A stretch of DNA of 59,568 bases, filler included. It is 3 parts of 3 records of this genome, joined end to end, with 100 filler letters (N's around TTAATTAATTAA, not from the genome) between each part and the next. Parts side by side here need not be neighbours in the genome. Positions count along the whole stretch, not along the records: positions 26,079 to 46,894 come from DRR723986_18378; 2 more parts are not named here. The stretch is one strand, 5' to 3'. This document shows, one piece after another, positions 28,072 through 36,863 of the stretch. The notes beneath the pieces were generated by a model, which had not been told where the DNA came from, ran no database searches, and worked only from the letters and a program-made list of their open reading frames with translations. Numbering within the stretch: position 1 is the stretch's first letter; every line of letters begins with the position of its first letter. The position numbers were made by a program, and so were the translations under genes.

Positions 28072-28542
28072 TCATTCCATCCCCAAGCGTTTGCGAAGTT
28101 CAGCGTTTTCCGCACGAAGCTTTTCCGCGAGCTGGGTGCGCAGCCGAATATTTTCAGCTTCGAGTGTAACCAGATCCTCCAGAGTTTCCAGCACGCTGCC
28201 CGATTTCTTTTCACCTTTCGGCTGCGGGGCCGGCTTTTCAGGCTTATCGTTTGGTGCAGCGTTACGTTTCCACCTGTAATAGGTTTGTTCAGATATCCCA
28301 GCCTCTTTAATCGCTGTCTTTATATTCATTCCTTCGGACAAACGCGTTTCGATCTCTGCGATCTTCTCCGCTCTCTCTTTAACGGTATACCGCTGACCGG
28401 TAGATCCTTTAGGCGCTTTGCTTCGCTTCCCGGATTTTCTGATCCGACCAGGACCAGCCGACTGCTGAGAGGTGCTTTTGCTCTCACTGTGCTCTGAGGC
28501 GTCATTCGTTTTTAGCTGTCCTGGATGTTGTTCGTCTGCCAT
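28072..28542 (-). CDS. SyrB-like regulator (IS3 OrfA-type HTH + coiled coil)
   Basis: RYTVKERAEK...AIKEAGISEQTYYRWKR HTH and LEAENIRLRTQLAEKLRAENAELRKRLG. Confidence 0.8.
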   Translation of the reverse strand: MADEQHPGQLKTNDASEHSESKSTSQQSAGPGRIRKSGKRSKAPKGSTGQRYTVKERAEKIAEIETRLSEGMNIKTAIKEAGISEQTYYRWKRNAAPNDKPEKPAPQPKGEKKSGSVLETLEDLVTLEAENIRLRTQLAEKLRAENAELRKRLGME

Positions 28543-29040
28543 TGTGCGCTCCGATATTGGTCACCTTAATTCTTACGAATGTAATAAATAGTCAACAACA
28601 GTAAAAGTCATTATGCTGCCCATCTGGTGGTTTAGGAGAAGGGACGGAGTGCGCATCGCTGGCCAGGGTGAACGCGATAGCGACGCCGAGGATGTCCTCT
28701 CTCTTGGCAGCAAGAACCCATTTTACCCCAGCGAGCACAAGTCCCCTCTCGTGGTTAAAGAAAATAAAAAGCCATTTATTCTAGTTCTCATACATGTTTT
28801 ACTTTTTGTGACTGTTTGTGCTCGTTGTGAAGTTAGCTACTTGAAAAGACCCATCTATTTGTCATGAACTCGCTACGAAAATCCAATAAGCACAGCATTT
28901 ATAGGGTTTTAGCTGGACGAGTTTGACAGAAAACTGCTGAGCTTTGACGTTTGTGAGCGTTTGAAACTGAACAAATACGTTCATATACGAAATCTTGGAT
29001 ATTCTTGAACGTTTGTAACCATTCCTAACCTTGGGGAGCA

Positions 29041-29070
29041 GGGCAAGATAGAGAAAGTGAGGCACTTTCT
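29041..29070 (-). promoter_or_regulatory. Candidate MOB_P oriT (inverted repeat + nic site)
   Basis: Minus strand AGAAAGTG-CCT-CACTTTCT-CTATCTTG^CCC; one mismatch from RP4 nic CTATCCTG^CCC; lies upstream of traK. Confidence 0.65.
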
Positions 29071-29270
29071 GCGTCGCAAATCCCTGCTGGTCGCATATAA
29101 GCGACGGTATTTACTAACTTATTTGCCTGAAGGCTCAACGAAACAAGGCCCTCATTGAAGGCCTTAACTGTCGCTTAAGTATGAGTGCAGGTCTGTGGAC
29201 AACTTACCAGAAAGAGCGGAATAAAAGATGTACAACTACTGCGTCGATTAGTAAAACCGACTTGTTAGCA

Positions 29271-29308
29271 GCTCGGCGGTCCTTATGTGGAAGTCAGGAC
29301 CGCCGAGC
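29271..29308. repeat. 13-bp perfect inverted repeat
   Basis: GCTCGGCGGTCCT-N12-AGGACCGCCGAGC, upstream of traK. Confidence 0.85.
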
Positions 29309-29510
29309 CTAGCGAACACCAAACTAGTCCTTTGATGCTCGCATAAGGAGACCCTCACAAACTCCGTTCCCTGTCTGTATTGGTCGCTATTGCTTTCGGC
29401 AAGCTGACGTGTGTCTAGCTGAATCGCGCCGATAGTGCGGCCAATGCTGCGTGCTTTCAACAATCATCAACAACATTGAGGGCGTTCTTCTTCAAGAACG
29501 TTAATGACCC

Positions 29511-29855
29511 ATGCTGTCCACGCCTTCCAAAGGTTCGCGGTCGCGTTGGGGGATGGCTCGCTTTGAGCTTGAGACCAACTACGACAAGGTAAAATCAATA
29601 GTAGCAAGTACGCCAAATTACACTGTTGCGCATGACCAGCTGGTGGCGAGTGAGACTATCACTATAACGTATGCCGCCTTCGTCCGAACCTGGAAAAAAC
29701 TGCAGAGTGAACGTGTGGAAGATCCAGCAGCCAGTTCGGGAAACACTGCAGAAGACCTCTCACCGCAGGCCGAGAATAAGGCGCGCAAACCGCTCCCCGA
29801 ACTCAACAAGTTCACGGTTCCGACTGGTGCTGACGGCGTGAGGGATCAATGGTAA
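29511..29855 (+). CDS. traK: TraK-like oriT-binding protein
   Basis: Position before traL-traM, size, and GMARFE...ITYAAFVR pattern resembling IncP TraK. Confidence 0.6.
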   Translation: MLSTPSKGSRSRWGMARFELETNYDKVKSIVASTPNYTVAHDQLVASETITITYAAFVRTWKKLQSERVEDPAASSGNTAEDLSPQAENKARKPLPELNKFTVPTGADGVRDQW

Positions 29856-30607
29856 AGACCGTACACATTGTCATGCAGGGCAAAGGCGGAGCGGGCAAGA
29901 GCCTTACGTCTTCCATGCTCGTGCAATATCTGCGCTACACCGATCATCGTGTTCAAGCGATTGACCTGGACCCGACCACGCCCACGCTTTCCGCCATCAA
30001 GGGGCTGAAAGCAGTGCCGATCCCGATTATGGACGGTGACGACATCAATCCGCGCCTCTTCGATCATCTGATGACGCGTATTTTCGAAAGCGAGGGCGAC
30101 ACGCACACTGTCATAGACACTGGCACCTCTTCTTTCATTGCCACCTGTTCGTACCTTGCTGAGAACAATGCGTTTGAGTTGCTGCAAGGGTTTGATGTTC
30201 GTGTCTTCATTCATTGCCCGATCTGCGGTGGTGCAGCCCTCGATGACACCTTCAACAGCCTTCTTGCCATTCTGGGGCATTTCCCAGGCGTGCCGGTAGT
30301 TGTCTGGCTGAACGAGTTTTTTGGGCCGGTTGCCAGTGCTGGCCGAACCTTCGAAGACAGCAAGCTCTACCAGGAAAACTCCGGACGCATTGCAGCTGTG
30401 ATGTGCCACCCCAAGGTCCAGGCCGGAACTTTTGGCGAAGACATCCGGGCAATGATGGGCGCCAAACTGACCTTTGAAGAAGCTATCCGATCGAACGATT
30501 TCAACGTGATGGCGCGCCAGCGCCTCAAGATCTATTGGACCAAGGCGATTGAGCGCCTGGACAGCGCGAGCTTCCTTGAAACAGCAACGCAGGAGGCCGC
30601 CGAATGA
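29849..30607 (+). CDS. traL: Conjugal transfer protein TraL (ParA-like P-loop)
   Basis: HIVMQGKGGAGKS, IDLDP, VIDTGTSSF, VVWLNEFFG and MARQRLK. Confidence 0.88.
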   Translation: MVKTVHIVMQGKGGAGKSLTSSMLVQYLRYTDHRVQAIDLDPTTPTLSAIKGLKAVPIPIMDGDDINPRLFDHLMTRIFESEGDTHTVIDTGTSSFIATCSYLAENNAFELLQGFDVRVFIHCPICGGAALDDTFNSLLAILGHFPGVPVVVWLNEFFGPVASAGRTFEDSKLYQENSGRIAAVMCHPKVQAGTFGEDIRAMMGAKLTFEEAIRSNDFNVMARQRLKIYWTKAIERLDSASFLETATQEAAE

Positions 30608-31065
30608 GCGCCGCAGCGGTTCAGAAGGTTGACGCTGTTTCCGTCGAACAGTGGAAACAGATGACGCTCGATGAGGCCATTGAGGCAGCCCATCGGGAAA
30701 CCGGGATTTCCTTCCAGAAGGACGATCCGGTGCTTGCCGTGGTCGCGATCCTGAACGCCTTCGGCGAACGTCTCAAGGCCCTCATGGAAGATGAGCGCAA
30801 TCGCGTTTCGCTCCAATTCAAGAACGACGTGTCCGGGGTGAATGAAGCTATCGACCACAAGGTCGATGACGTTGCCTCGACCATCCAGAAACTTGCCGGT
30901 TCTCTCGGCAACGAGAGCATCCAGACGGTGATTTCCGCCGTCGCACAACACGCCGTGGAGAGCGACAAGATACGCCGCTCGATCCGCTGGAACTTCATGG
31001 CCTGCGCATCGCTGGCCACCTTCAACTGGCTGGCAGTCGCCACCTTCTATCTCATCCTGAAATAA
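30604..31065 (+). CDS. traM: TraM-like protein
   Basis: GISFQKDDPVLAVVAILN motif, C-terminal TM, follows traL. Confidence 0.7.
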   Translation: MSAAAVQKVDAVSVEQWKQMTLDEAIEAAHRETGISFQKDDPVLAVVAILNAFGERLKALMEDERNRVSLQFKNDVSGVNEAIDHKVDDVASTIQKLAGSLGNESIQTVISAVAQHAVESDKIRRSIRWNFMACASLATFNWLAVATFYLILK

Positions 31066-31078
31066 GGGGTTTTTGAAA

Positions 31079-31420
31079 ATGAACATCCTGAAGAGACTCG
31101 GACTCTGTCCGCAATCTCCCGTAAAGGTGGATTTCGAGAAAGTTGCAATCAAAGCGATTGCATCCGCCTCGATGCTGTTTCCGGCGCAGGCGATGGCTGC
31201 GAGCGACTGGTCCGCGCCAGCGACAACAATGCTGCAATCCCTGGAAAGCGGGTTGGTCAGTGTTGCCGCGCCCGTCATCGGTGTGGGCGTCATCATCTAT
31301 GGCATCTGGGCCATGGTCACCGGCCGCATCGACATCATGCGGCTTGCTCAGCTCGTCGGAGCCGGAGCGCTCGTGATCTTCGGCCCGACCGCGCTTCGCG
31401 CCCTTCTCTCGGCAGCTTGA
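31079..31420 (+). CDS. virB2: VirB2/TrbC pilin
   Basis: Signal ending PAQAMA followed by two hydrophobic helices; first gene of the mating-pair cluster. Confidence 0.8.
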   Translation: MNILKRLGLCPQSPVKVDFEKVAIKAIASASMLFPAQAMAASDWSAPATTMLQSLESGLVSVAAPVIGVGVIIYGIWAMVTGRIDIMRLAQLVGAGALVIFGPTALRALLSAA

Positions 31421-31432
31421 GGAGGGGCAGCC

Positions 31433-31756
31433 ATGAAAGCGCAAAGCCCTATCGCACTCCACATTCAGGAGCCGATGAAGATCCTCGGCATGCCCCCGCT
31501 CCATGCTGCCCTGGTGATGATCGGTGAACTCCTGCTTGCAACCACTGGCGGGTTCCTGGCCGGGAATGTGGTGGGCTTTGCGCTTGTCGTTCTGACAACG
31601 CCTCCCGCAATCGTCTGGATCATCCTGCTGCGCCGGCGAGAACCGCATTGTGAATCTCTGCTGCTGCATCCGGCCACGTTCTTCCAGGCGAAGAAGGTCC
31701 GCCGCCTGATCGCCGGTTTTCCGCTCAAAACCTCCAAAAAGAAGGCTGCACAATAA
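31433..31756 (+). CDS. virB3: VirB3-like inner-membrane protein
   Basis: EPMKILGMP, two TMs, RRREP; TAATG coupling to virB4. Confidence 0.72.
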   Translation: MKAQSPIALHIQEPMKILGMPPLHAALVMIGELLLATTGGFLAGNVVGFALVVLTTPPAIVWIILLRRREPHCESLLLHPATFFQAKKVRRLIAGFPLKTSKKKAAQ

Positions 31757-34107
31757 TGCTGCTTGGCACCTTTTTGACAGGCGCCGCCGCCGTTGGCGCT
31801 GCCGCTCTGGTGAGTTCCAGAGGCCGCAAGTACCTGCTTGGCGAAGTCGAGCAGGACTGGCTTGCGAACGAACTGGAATTTGACCAGTTGCTTGCCGACA
31901 ACCAAACCGTCTCTCTCAAAGACGGGTCTTTCGTCCGCGTCTTTTCCCTGTCCGGCCTCTCCTATGAGACACGCAACATCAGCGAGCAGGAGGCGCTTGC
32001 AAGGGGCCGCGCCAGCACGTTCCATCAGTTCTTGAGCGCCGGGTCCTCGCTACGTGTTTTTGGCATCAAGCGCCGCCGCGATGTGAGCTTCCAAGCTGAC
32101 TGGCCGTCCGTGACCTTGAAGCAAGTCGGCGAAGCCGAACAACGGCTTTACCAGAACGCGTATTCGCTTGTCTGGTATCTGGTTCTCACAACGAAGACCT
32201 CCGCGGAACTGGAAAAAACGTCTCGTGGCCTGTTGAGCGGGTTCACGGATTATAACATCCGGCCGGTCCCTGCCGCCCAGGAGCACAATCAACCGTGCGA
32301 GCTGACACGTGTTCTGAATTATCTGGTCTGCGGTGAGCTGAAACCCGAGATTGCGCGTCTTAGCGCCGGGATCAGCGCGAACCTGCCCGCCTCTGACATT
32401 CACGTATCGACAGACGGCGCGATTGACACGTTTACGCCGCACCAGACGCTCAACCGCGTGATTGCCGTTCGCGGCTGGCCGGAAACCGTGTCCGGAATGC
32501 TGGTGTCCCGTCTGCTGGCACTCAGCGGTGAGCTGGAAGTATGCCAGATCGTCAAGCCGCTCGACAGCACCAAGCAAATCGCCCTTTTCACCCGACAAAT
32601 CACCGAGCAGAAGCATAATTATTTCGGGACGGGCGCTGTCCTGGCCGAGCTGGAAGCTGTCAACGAAGACCTTTTGAACAATGCCCACCAGCTGCAGGAG
32701 ACCCAGTTCCAGATCACGGTCCGGTCTCACAACGAGGCGGAACTCGCTTCGCTGATCGATCAAGTGACCGCCATCCTCGACAATGCGCGGATCCGGTATT
32801 GCTGCGAGACAGTCGGCGCGGCGACGGCCTGGTTCAACCGCATGCCCGGCCGGGACAAGCTGCTGCGGCCGCTCAAGATCACCGAGAGCAATGTCGCGGC
32901 CCTGTGGCCGTTCCAGTTCTCGCCAATCGGTCTGTGGTCAAGCCCGTTCGGCGACCGGCCGGTGCGTCTGTTCAAGACCCCAACGGGCCAGAACTACGCC
33001 TTCCAGTTCCATGTTTCTGACAAACCGCAATCGCCGGGCAACTATCTGATGTTTGCGCCGACAGGTGGCGGCAAATCTACCTTGATCCTTCACCTTCTTG
33101 GCGGACTTGCAAAGTTCCACGGTGTGCGGAACTACGTCTTCGATTCCAAGGACGGCGCGCGCTTCATGATTGAGGCGTTCGGCGGGATCTATCAGGGCTA
33201 TCAGGACTTAGCTCTCAATCCTCTCGATATCGATCTCACCGACAAGTCCGCCCGGCACCGGGTGCGGTTGATCCTGCAAGCCATGCTTGGCGAAGCGTTC
33301 GATGAGGATATGGACGACTATCTTCATGCCGCGCTCGACATGGCCGCCGAGCTGGAACCGGGCTTGCGCACGCTGGATAACATCTATGGTGCGGCCTTTC
33401 CGGCTCAATCGGAGATCCGCCGCGCCTTTGCCAAGTGGGTGAATGGCGAAGACGGAGCAGAAGGCCAGTTCTCTCACGTCTTCAACGCCCCACGCGATCA
33501 GATCACCGGGTTTCTGCAAAAGTCGTTTCTTGTTGGCATCAACATGAACGAAGCCCTGATGGATCCGGTTCTGGGGCCGCCAGTGGTCGCGCATATCTCC
33601 GCTGCGATTTCCGCGGCCGCGAAACAAGGTGACGGTGGCTTTTCCATCTTCATTGATGAAGCTGCGAACCTCTTACGTAACAACGGTTTCCGCTCTGTCG
33701 TGCGGGAAATGTATCAGGAATACCGCAAGCTCAACGGGCTTGTCGGTCTGGCCTTTCAGGAGCCGGGTGCGCTGCTGGAGTTCGATGGCGCATCGGCCAT
33801 GATCGAAAACGCGCAGACCTTGTTCTTTCTGCCGAACTCTCAAGCGAGGCCCGAGAACCTTCAGCCCTTCAATCTGTCGAATGAGCAAATCGCCTTCATC
33901 AAAGGCGAAGGCGACATGAAGGGTGGGCGTCAGGTGCTCGTGGTGAAGCGCTTCGAGGCCGCGAATTTCAACGAAAGCACGATTTTGGACGTGGACCTGT
34001 CGGGCCTGGGCGACGCCTTGCGCTTCTACCGGTCAGGGCCTTCCGCGGTCAAGGAACTGGAAAAAACCAAACAGGAATGGGGTGACCAATGGCTTGCAAA
34101 ACTCTAA
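31756..34107 (+). CDS. virB4: VirB4 ATPase
   Basis: Walker A APTGGGKS, FDSKDG, LNPL, Walker B FIDEA, YRKLNG and FFLPN. Confidence 0.93.
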   Translation: MLLGTFLTGAAAVGAAALVSSRGRKYLLGEVEQDWLANELEFDQLLADNQTVSLKDGSFVRVFSLSGLSYETRNISEQEALARGRASTFHQFLSAGSSLRVFGIKRRRDVSFQADWPSVTLKQVGEAEQRLYQNAYSLVWYLVLTTKTSAELEKTSRGLLSGFTDYNIRPVPAAQEHNQPCELTRVLNYLVCGELKPEIARLSAGISANLPASDIHVSTDGAIDTFTPHQTLNRVIAVRGWPETVSGMLVSRLLALSGELEVCQIVKPLDSTKQIALFTRQITEQKHNYFGTGAVLAELEAVNEDLLNNAHQLQETQFQITVRSHNEAELASLIDQVTAILDNARIRYCCETVGAATAWFNRMPGRDKLLRPLKITESNVAALWPFQFSPIGLWSSPFGDRPVRLFKTPTGQNYAFQFHVSDKPQSPGNYLMFAPTGGGKSTLILHLLGGLAKFHGVRNYVFDSKDGARFMIEAFGGIYQGYQDLALNPLDIDLTDKSARHRVRLILQAMLGEAFDEDMDDYLHAALDMAAELEPGLRTLDNIYGAAFPAQSEIRRAFAKWVNGEDGAEGQFSHVFNAPRDQITGFLQKSFLVGINMNEALMDPVLGPPVVAHISAAISAAAKQGDGGFSIFIDEAANLLRNNGFRSVVREMYQEYRKLNGLVGLAFQEPGALLEFDGASAMIENAQTLFFLPNSQARPENLQPFNLSNEQIAFIKGEGDMKGGRQVLVVKRFEAANFNESTILDVDLSGLGDALRFYRSGPSAVKELEKTKQEWGDQWLAKL

Positions 34108-34910
34108 TGAGGCTCGTTGCCGGTCTGATGCTGGCGACGTCGATCAATGCGCCGGCGCATGCCGCTATGGCTGTCATCGATGTGAAGAACATCGCCGAAG
34201 CGCAAAAGCAGCTCACGACGCTCAAAGAACAGCTCAGCACCGTCAAGGACCAGCTTGCGACCGCGAAGGAAAGCCTTTCGGTCATCACAGACCAACTCGA
34301 CACGCTTAGGCAAGTTCAGAGCATTGCAGGCGACACCCTCTCGTCCATCGGTGAGATCGGAAATCTCTCCATTCCGTCCCTGAACTTCCAGTCGCTTACA
34401 TCCAGTGTCTCGGGGGACATGGCCTGTCTCATTCCCGACTACAAGCAGCTCATGCCGTCCATCAAATTTGACGAGGTGGACTTCGGTTCGATCTGCGAGC
34501 GGGGCAATGCCTACAAGTCCGGCCTGGTCGCAACTCCGGAATCTCTCACCGAGGGAACCTGGGAAGAAAAAGCCAGCATCCAGAAGTCAGTCAGTCAAAA
34601 CCGGATCGCGACCATCACGGACGCAACAGTCAAAGGATTGGCACAGTCGGACGAAGCCCATGAGACGGCTGTCAAAACCCTTGAGACGGCCCAGGAATAC
34701 AAAAGCGCAGGCCAGACCGCCGAGACCGTCAACGCGCGGCTGCAGGTGTTGATCGAGCTTGAAGTCGCTCAGCTCGTCGCCACCGCACAAACCAATCAGA
34801 TCCTCGCTCAGATGTTGAAGATCAACGCGTCCCAGGCCCTCAACAACGGCGTCCCGATCATGAGCGAGGTCGCTGAGGATCGTAAATACAATGAAGAAGG
34901 AAGCGAATAA
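34107..34910 (+). CDS. virB5: VirB5/TrbJ-like minor pilin
   Basis: Signal ending PAHA, AVIDVKNI motif and coiled coil; TAATG overlap with virB4. Confidence 0.7.
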   Translation: MRLVAGLMLATSINAPAHAAMAVIDVKNIAEAQKQLTTLKEQLSTVKDQLATAKESLSVITDQLDTLRQVQSIAGDTLSSIGEIGNLSIPSLNFQSLTSSVSGDMACLIPDYKQLMPSIKFDEVDFGSICERGNAYKSGLVATPESLTEGTWEEKASIQKSVSQNRIATITDATVKGLAQSDEAHETAVKTLETAQEYKSAGQTAETVNARLQVLIELEVAQLVATAQTNQILAQMLKINASQALNNGVPIMSEVAEDRKYNEEGSE

Positions 34911-34912
34911 CC

Positions 34913-35932
34913 ATGGCGGCTTCCTCCTGCAATATCTGCGAGATTTTCTCTGCGTATCAGTCCCATGCCGATAGCACCCTCGGGACCCTCGTTAACGCGG
35001 TTCATGGGCCGTTTCAGGGGATCATCATGAGCCTTGTCGGTGCTTGGGTCCTCTGGGCTGGCATTCAGGTCTTTTTGGGGACGCTCGACTTCGCGGGCGC
35101 GCTCAAACAAGCCATCTTCATGGTGCTTGGCTTCGGCGTCTATAAGGGTGTCGATGGTGGCTTGATCGGTGACGTGTTCGACGCGTGCGTCAATGTCATG
35201 GGCGGACTGTCCAGCGCGCTAATGGATGGCGGTGGGGGCGGCGGACTTAGCGGGCTCGATGCACTGCTGCTGGCTGTTGAGACCGGGATTGGTGGCGTCT
35301 TCAACATTGCCGCCACAATCATGGGATCGGGAAGCTGGGGCGATCAAATCGTAAACACCTTCTACGGTGTGGCGCTTCTGCTTCCCTACGTCATTCTGCT
35401 TGTTCTGTTTCTGGCGCACACGTCGGTCTCTCTTTTCCGGCTCACGCTCATAATGGGCGTGTCGCCCTTTCTCATTGGCATGTCTGCCTTCCCGTTCGGA
35501 CGCAATTTGATCGGCGCCGGCGTGCGGACAATCATCGGTTCAATCGTCACCATGCTCTGCGTCACGATGGTTTTTTCGCTGGTCATCGCCAGCGTCAAAG
35601 GTCTTGGCGTTACCGCTGATGCCGAGGTTGACCCAGAAGCCTACATCGACCTGACCAGCGGCAAATTTCTGCTTGCCATGATTATGGGTTGGCTTGGTGC
35701 TGCCTTGATGTCCGAGGCGGTCAATATCGCCGGTCAGGTGTCGAGCGCGATGCTTGGAACCGTGTCAGCCGGGATCATGTCTGCCGGTGCCATTCGCGGG
35801 GCTGCCATCGGTGCCTCTGCCGGTCGAACAGCGGCGGGGGCTGCCGGTCGCGTCGGTGGCTTCATGCACAGAAAAACCTGGGAATCCTCGCGTTCAGCTC
35901 CGGGCGGGATCATCGATTCCAGCGGTTCGTAG
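34913..35932 (+). CDS. virB6: VirB6/TrbL polytopic membrane protein
   Basis: Multiple TMs, GVSPFLIGMSAFP, Gly/Ala-rich tail, and operon position. Confidence 0.8.
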   Translation: MAASSCNICEIFSAYQSHADSTLGTLVNAVHGPFQGIIMSLVGAWVLWAGIQVFLGTLDFAGALKQAIFMVLGFGVYKGVDGGLIGDVFDACVNVMGGLSSALMDGGGGGGLSGLDALLLAVETGIGGVFNIAATIMGSGSWGDQIVNTFYGVALLLPYVILLVLFLAHTSVSLFRLTLIMGVSPFLIGMSAFPFGRNLIGAGVRTIIGSIVTMLCVTMVFSLVIASVKGLGVTADAEVDPEAYIDLTSGKFLLAMIMGWLGAALMSEAVNIAGQVSSAMLGTVSAGIMSAGAIRGAAIGASAGRTAAGAAGRVGGFMHRKTWESSRSAPGGIIDSSGS

Positions 35933-35976
35933 TCGCCAAGCTCCCCCTTCCTTCCTCTCTCAAAGGGTCTTCTTTC

Positions 35977-36144
35977 ATGAAACACCTCAGACTCGTCTTG
36001 TGCCTTGGTTGGCTGGTTTCCGGCTGCGCACAGGTGGAAATGCCGATTGAACCGGACGGCATCGACAAGATGCGCAAGTCACCCTGCGCCTGCGCGGAAA
36101 TCGAATTTGAGCCGAGTTCCTTTGAATGGGTGGAGGCCGCCTGA
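35977..36144 (+). CDS. virB7: VirB7-like small lipoprotein (55 aa)
   Basis: MKHLRLVLCLGWLVSG-C lipobox, MRKSPCAC motif, TGATG coupling to virB8. Hidden inside ORF 35689..36144 of the track. Confidence 0.75.
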   Translation: MKHLRLVLCLGWLVSGCAQVEMPIEPDGIDKMRKSPCACAEIEFEPSSFEWVEAA

Positions 36145-36863
36145 TGGCTTTCATTTCTCGTTCCAAGTCCAATGCGGCGACGGTTCCGGAGGTCAAGCCG
36201 GAGCCGAAGCACGCCAACATCCTGCAAGCGGATCCGTTTGCCTACAAAACCGCTCACCGGCGCATGGCCTGGCTGTTGCGCCTGTCGGTTGGAACGAATG
36301 TCGCGCTGGCAATCTGTGTGGTGGCAAGCATCCAGGCCCTTGTGTCGCTGGTACCGCTCAAGGAGACCGAAATCGCGCTTCTGCGTGCCGATCCGAGCGA
36401 TGACCGGATCTATCGTGTCGAACCGATTTCCATGGAAGTCGATGGCTTCGAGCTGATGCTCGAAAAGCTTGCCCGGCGCTATGTGCACCAGATCCTCACC
36501 ATTGACGACACCACCCAGAACACCCGTTTCAAGGAAGTCCGCACGTACTCCGATCCGGACTTCTTCAATGACTATGTGAAGACCAACAAAACGGTCATCG
36601 AAGAAGCGATCAAAGACGGCCTCAACCGCTCGATCACGATCAAGGGTGCCTATCAGGTCGATGCCTACGATGGCGTCTATCTCTATGTCGTCGAGTTTCT
36701 TCAGACAGACAGGATCGGCCGCGAACAGCCGAAGCGCCGCCATCTGCGCGCCTTCCTGGAAATGACCCCCCGTCCCCATGACGTCCTTGCAGCCGAGCGG
36801 TTCGAGAATCCGCTTGGAATCCGCGTCCTCGGCATGTCCATCAAGGAGCAAGCTTCCAAATGA
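36144..36863 (+). CDS. virB8: VirB8
   Basis: Single TM ending LVPLKE, ARRYV, and C-terminal RFENPLGIRV. Confidence 0.88.
   Translation: MAFISRSKSNAATVPEVKPEPKHANILQADPFAYKTAHRRMAWLLRLSVGTNVALAICVVASIQALVSLVPLKETEIALLRADPSDDRIYRVEPISMEVDGFELMLEKLARRYVHQILTIDDTTQNTRFKEVRTYSDPDFFNDYVKTNKTVIEEAIKDGLNRSITIKGAYQVDAYDGVYLYVVEFLQTDRIGREQPKRRHLRAFLEMTPRPHDVLAAERFENPLGIRVLGMSIKEQASK

Noticed and set aside
28072-28542. IS3-family transposon
   Set aside because: HTH only; no OrfB/DDE domain and no terminal repeats seen.
28613-29463. Short ORFs 28613-28867, 28862-29065 and 29248-29463; plasmid oriV
   Set aside because: No recognisable motifs. No iterons or rep gene, and only one imperfect DnaA box. The region fits an oriT/promoter better.
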